Source: Amoebophrya sp. A120
Lineage: Eukaryota > Protista > Dinoflagellata
Assembly: GCA_905178155.1 (NCBI GenBank)
Contig: CAJINV010000003.1
Coordinates: forward strand, 6,629,612-6,693,611
DNA length: 64,000 nt
Direction of reading: 5' to 3'
Position 1 is the first letter of the stretch. Each line of letters opens with the position of its first letter. The notes under the pieces are model-generated. The model saw nothing but the letters and a program-made list of their open reading frames with translations, had not been told where the DNA came from and ran no database searches. A program made the translations under genes and the position numbers. This document shows positions 61,201-64,000 of this stretch, piece after piece.

Positions 61201-64000
61201 ACCCGCTCCCAGCGCCAAAGGTCAGGGACGCCCTCGCCGGCGGGTGGGCGAGGAAGCACTTTCGGCGACCTCATCATACAAGATCGTGTGAAGATGAGTG
61301 ATGCTGTTTTTGCATGACAAATCATGTTTGTAACAGTTGAGAATGTAACGTTTGAAAGCGCCATATCGCACTCGGCGATGTTTCTGCCCTGCCAGGTGGC
61401 AACCTCCGCGGCGTTCGTCGTGCAGCCAGCGGCCATCAGCTCGCACCCTGATGCAGTTTGGCCGACGATCGGCATAAAGAACGCGCTGCACTCGGGAGTC
61501 AAGGCTCATAGGTATCGGCACTCGCTGATGGTGTAGTCGCGGTCCACGTACTTGGTCTGCACTTGGCGCGGGATAGCGTGATTGAACGAGACGCCGTCCG
61601 GGGGCGTGCAGTGCCCAGCATACGCCACCGGGCACGTGGTAGCGTCAACCTGCGGCACTGCCGTGGCGTCCACACACGTGGCGCTCAGTTTGGCCAAGGT
61701 GTAGAAGTGAGCTGCGTGCACGTCCGCAACCCGATCTTGGGTGCATCCGGCTCTGTAAAGCTTGCAGGTGATTGCTCCGCCGGGGCTCTCGACAACGAAG
61801 GCCGCACAGTTCGCATTGGCGCGACACCGCGCGGCACACGCCTGCCACGGAATGTCATTTCCCTCGTTCGAGATAAGCAGGCTGCTGTCTTCATTGCACC
61901 CGCCGATCCACTCCATGGCGCAGATCGGGGTCGCGTGCACGTCTTCCATGGGACGCGTCGTAGTCGTCGTCGTGGAGGTCGCCGTGCGACAGGTCTCGAG
62001 CTTCCACGACTGCCACTTTGTGGCGGTCGTTCGCTTCCCACATTTCGCAGCATTGGACAACAGCGCGCAGTGTTTTCGGTCTCCTGCCCCTGTCTCGTAC
62101 AAAATTAGCATAAACGAGTCGCAACCTTTCGTGACAGCGCACAGGTACCGACATTCGGCCACCGTGTACTCTCGCCGGTTGTCTTGGTAGAACCTCGAAG
62201 CGGACCCGTCCGCAGTATCGTAAGGAAAAATCCCCCCTCCCCATATCGCGACGAAGTTCCTGACGGTGGATTTCCGTACACAAATGCGCGCTGTCCTGCA
62301 ATAAGGCATCGCAGCCAGATCCTCAGCCTAGGGAGGGGCGTTCGGGATCGGGTCTAGTTGTTTAGCATTACAAACAGCTGCCCCCTAGGCCCAACAGCAT
62401 GCCAAATCGCTTCCATAATGGCGCGGAAGCCTCTGCGCTTGTCCTCTTGCAGGACAGACATGGATTGTGGTCTCAAATCAGCAACACAAATTTTCGGAAA
62501 CATACCGCTTCGATATGGGGAGGGCGGATTTTTCCTCTCAATACGCAGGGCAACTGCCGTGCGTCGTGAGAATTATTCCCGGGCCGCCATTCTTCGGACA
62601 TATCGAAGAAAAAAACCCCATCACAATCACAAAATTCAAATTTTCAAAATTTTGCAGGAGCTGAACAAAAAATTATTTTGATTTTCAGGTAAGAAAATAC
62701 TTTTCAATTCTCGAATGCGAATGTATTTATTTTTGTGTTAGCTATTTGGTTATGTCAAAAATGGCGGCTTGAATAAGCTAGTTAAGAAAGAGTTCTGAAG
62801 ACAAACGATCAGCTTCCAGCAGACGAAGCTTGGTAGATGGGGTTGTCGCCCTCTGGCCCCAGGTGGGGCCAGAGGGCGACAACCCACACTACCACTGTTC
62901 GTCTGCTGGAAGCTGAGCGATTGTCTTCAGAAATCTCTCTTCTTAACTAGCTAGCTTACCGCCAATAGCCAATATCATAAGTCATCTGCTGCAAAACTCA
63001 ACATTCAAAACCAGATACAACAGGTTCGGGAGTGCCGCGAAAGTCCAACGAAGTTTTAATTTTGATGGTCAAAAATTTTGAAAATTTGAATTTTGTGATT
63101 GTGATGGTGTTTTTTTCTTCGATAGGACAGGAATCCGTGTCAATCGGCGGGACCGCGGAGCTGTCGAGGCAATAGGCGCTGTTCTTCTCGAGGGAGTAGT
63201 ATTTCGTTGTCTTTAGCTTCTTCGGCTTTGGCTGGTCCGGACCAGGTGTGATATCCTCGCCCCGAGAAAAGCCAGCCTTTGTAAATTTACAGCCTCCATT
63301 ATGCAAGAAAAAAACTATGTGAGTGTAAATCTGTGATGGGAAACACACAACACAATCACACCTGTCATGCTGGTCAGCCATCAACTCCTGTTTTCGTATG
63401 TCTTTTCACGTACAGGCTGCGCATGACAGGTTTTCTTTGTCATGTAGAGCAATTTTGTCATGCTGTCTCTCCAAGACACCTACACTCACGCAGCTTTTTT
63501 CTTGGATATCCATCGTTCGCGCAAAAGCCGGTAGCTGACGGGGAGTCGTTGCATCTCCTGAGCAAAAACGTCCCCACACTAGAGTTCTTGTCATGCAAAT
63601 CTACACGCCAAAAAAGTTTCTCATGCGGAGCCCCATGAGAAGCATTCTCTATTCGTGTTTAGGGATTTTTGATGCTAGAATCAGCATGACAATCTAGGTC
63701 TGTGATGCTGCTTAACTAGCTAAAACAGAAGCACACTACGACGGCAAGCCTGTCATGCGAAACCACTTAAAGCTGGTTGATTTGTCTAGCAGATTTCCCA
63801 GCTTGACTCTGGTCGTGTGGGGACGTTTTTACACAGGATATTGCACATCTCGAAGCCAGCGCATTCCGGGTCCTCGCGACAGCGCGCGTCGCAGACCTTC
63901 AAGTTCCCGTTCGCCGTGGGTAGCGCCAAGCTCGTTTTCTCATCGAAGTTCAGCGGGATTCCACTGAACTCCGCGGGACACACGTCGTACCCGACGGCGC
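55266..64000 (-). CDS. Large Cys-rich secreted or surface protein, 5'-partial: several PAN/apple domains, F5/8-type-C/fucolectin-like domains, two kringle domains, Thr-rich linkers; two in-frame TGA codons
   Basis: Kringles NYRGCQT..CQKW..HNYCRNP..FCYT; PAN-like ECRYLCAVTKGCDSF, ACAARCRANANCAAF, ECVRLCAQNPSCKH; PWLQVDLG and WWAVEF; 14 exons join in frame across 13 introners; TGA at 61506-61508 and 57315-57317. Confidence 0.85.
57754..58006. mobile_element. Introner, family A
   Basis: DR GGTCC. Confidence 0.93.
58053..58191. mobile_element. Introner, family E
   Basis: DR CGCGT/CGAGT; related to 2053-2202. Confidence 0.88.
58396..58668. mobile_element. Introner, family A
   Basis: DR TGCCC. 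Confidence 0.93.
59013..59287. mobile_element. Introner, family A
   Basis: DR CGTTG. Confidence 0.92.
59331..59566. mobile_element. Introner with distinct TIR (TATGASAGTGCAC..CCCCCCT)
   Basis: DR GCGGT. Confidence 0.92.
59605..60099. mobile_element. Decayed introner (family of 63300-63508); the frame fits a GT-AG intron 60101-59604 on the minus strand
   Basis: TATCCAAAGAAAAAA...TTTTTCTCTCGCATA; no DR; element+5 breaks the frame, the GT-AG join gives PASYWVL. Confidence 0.6.
60508..60769. mobile_element. Introner, family A
   Basis: DR CGGAC. Confidence 0.93.
60822..60930. mobile_element. Minimal 109-bp introner with a perfect 30-bp TIR
   Basis: TATCCAGGAAAAAACACCCATCCCCATCCA; DR TCCAC. Confidence 0.93.
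61003..61365. mobile_element. Introner, family F (diverged)
   Basis: DR TCGTC/TCGCA; frame restored (AECDVLAG). Confidence 0.82.
62216..62543. mobile_element. Introner, family C
   Basis: DR CGCAG. Confidence 0.93.
62601..63124. mobile_element. Introner with an about 54-bp TIR and a nested palindromic insert
   Basis: TATCGAAGAAAAAAAC.CCATCACAATCACAAAATTC; DR GGACA. Confidence 0.93.
62776..62952. mobile_element. Palindromic MITE-like insert inside an introner
   Basis: AGCTAGTTAAGAA...TTCTTAACTAGCT, whole-length hairpin, AGCT repeated at the flank. Confidence 0.75.
63300..63508. mobile_element. Introner (TATSCAAGAAAAAA TIR)
   Basis: DR TCCAT. Confidence 0.9.
63554..63840. mobile_element. Introner, family B (left end TCT)
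   Basis: DR TTGCA. Confidence 0.9.

Overview
Eukaryotic nuclear DNA. The style is most consistent with a Syndiniales/Amoebophrya-like parasitic dinoflagellate (inference). There are three host genes: (1) a giant + strand gene, 5'-truncated and ending at 24412, about 3,300 codons visible, encoding DUF285/BspA-type repeats plus transmembrane segments; (2) a 351-aa - strand gene at 51634-52954; (3) a - strand Cys-rich PAN/kringle gene at 55266 to >64000. All are interrupted by 36 complete 'introner' elements. These are MITE-like inserts ending TAT...ATA, with terminal inverted repeats (TIRs) and a 5-bp direct repeat (DR). Removing the element plus one DR copy restores the frame at 35 of 36 junctions, almost always without GT-AG. 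One introner hosts a 6.2-kb foldback element of the same end type. The kringle gene has two in-frame TGA codons, both at conserved Cys positions. The 27-kb intergenic block is a transposon nest: a young Ty1/copia element (28322-46939) inserted into TTTTAGC-type repeats and hit by nine TIR insertions, mostly a TCA...TGA family with 6-bp target site duplications (TSDs), plus four 4-bp footprint-like lesions. The window opens with an interstitial (TTTTAGC)166 array.
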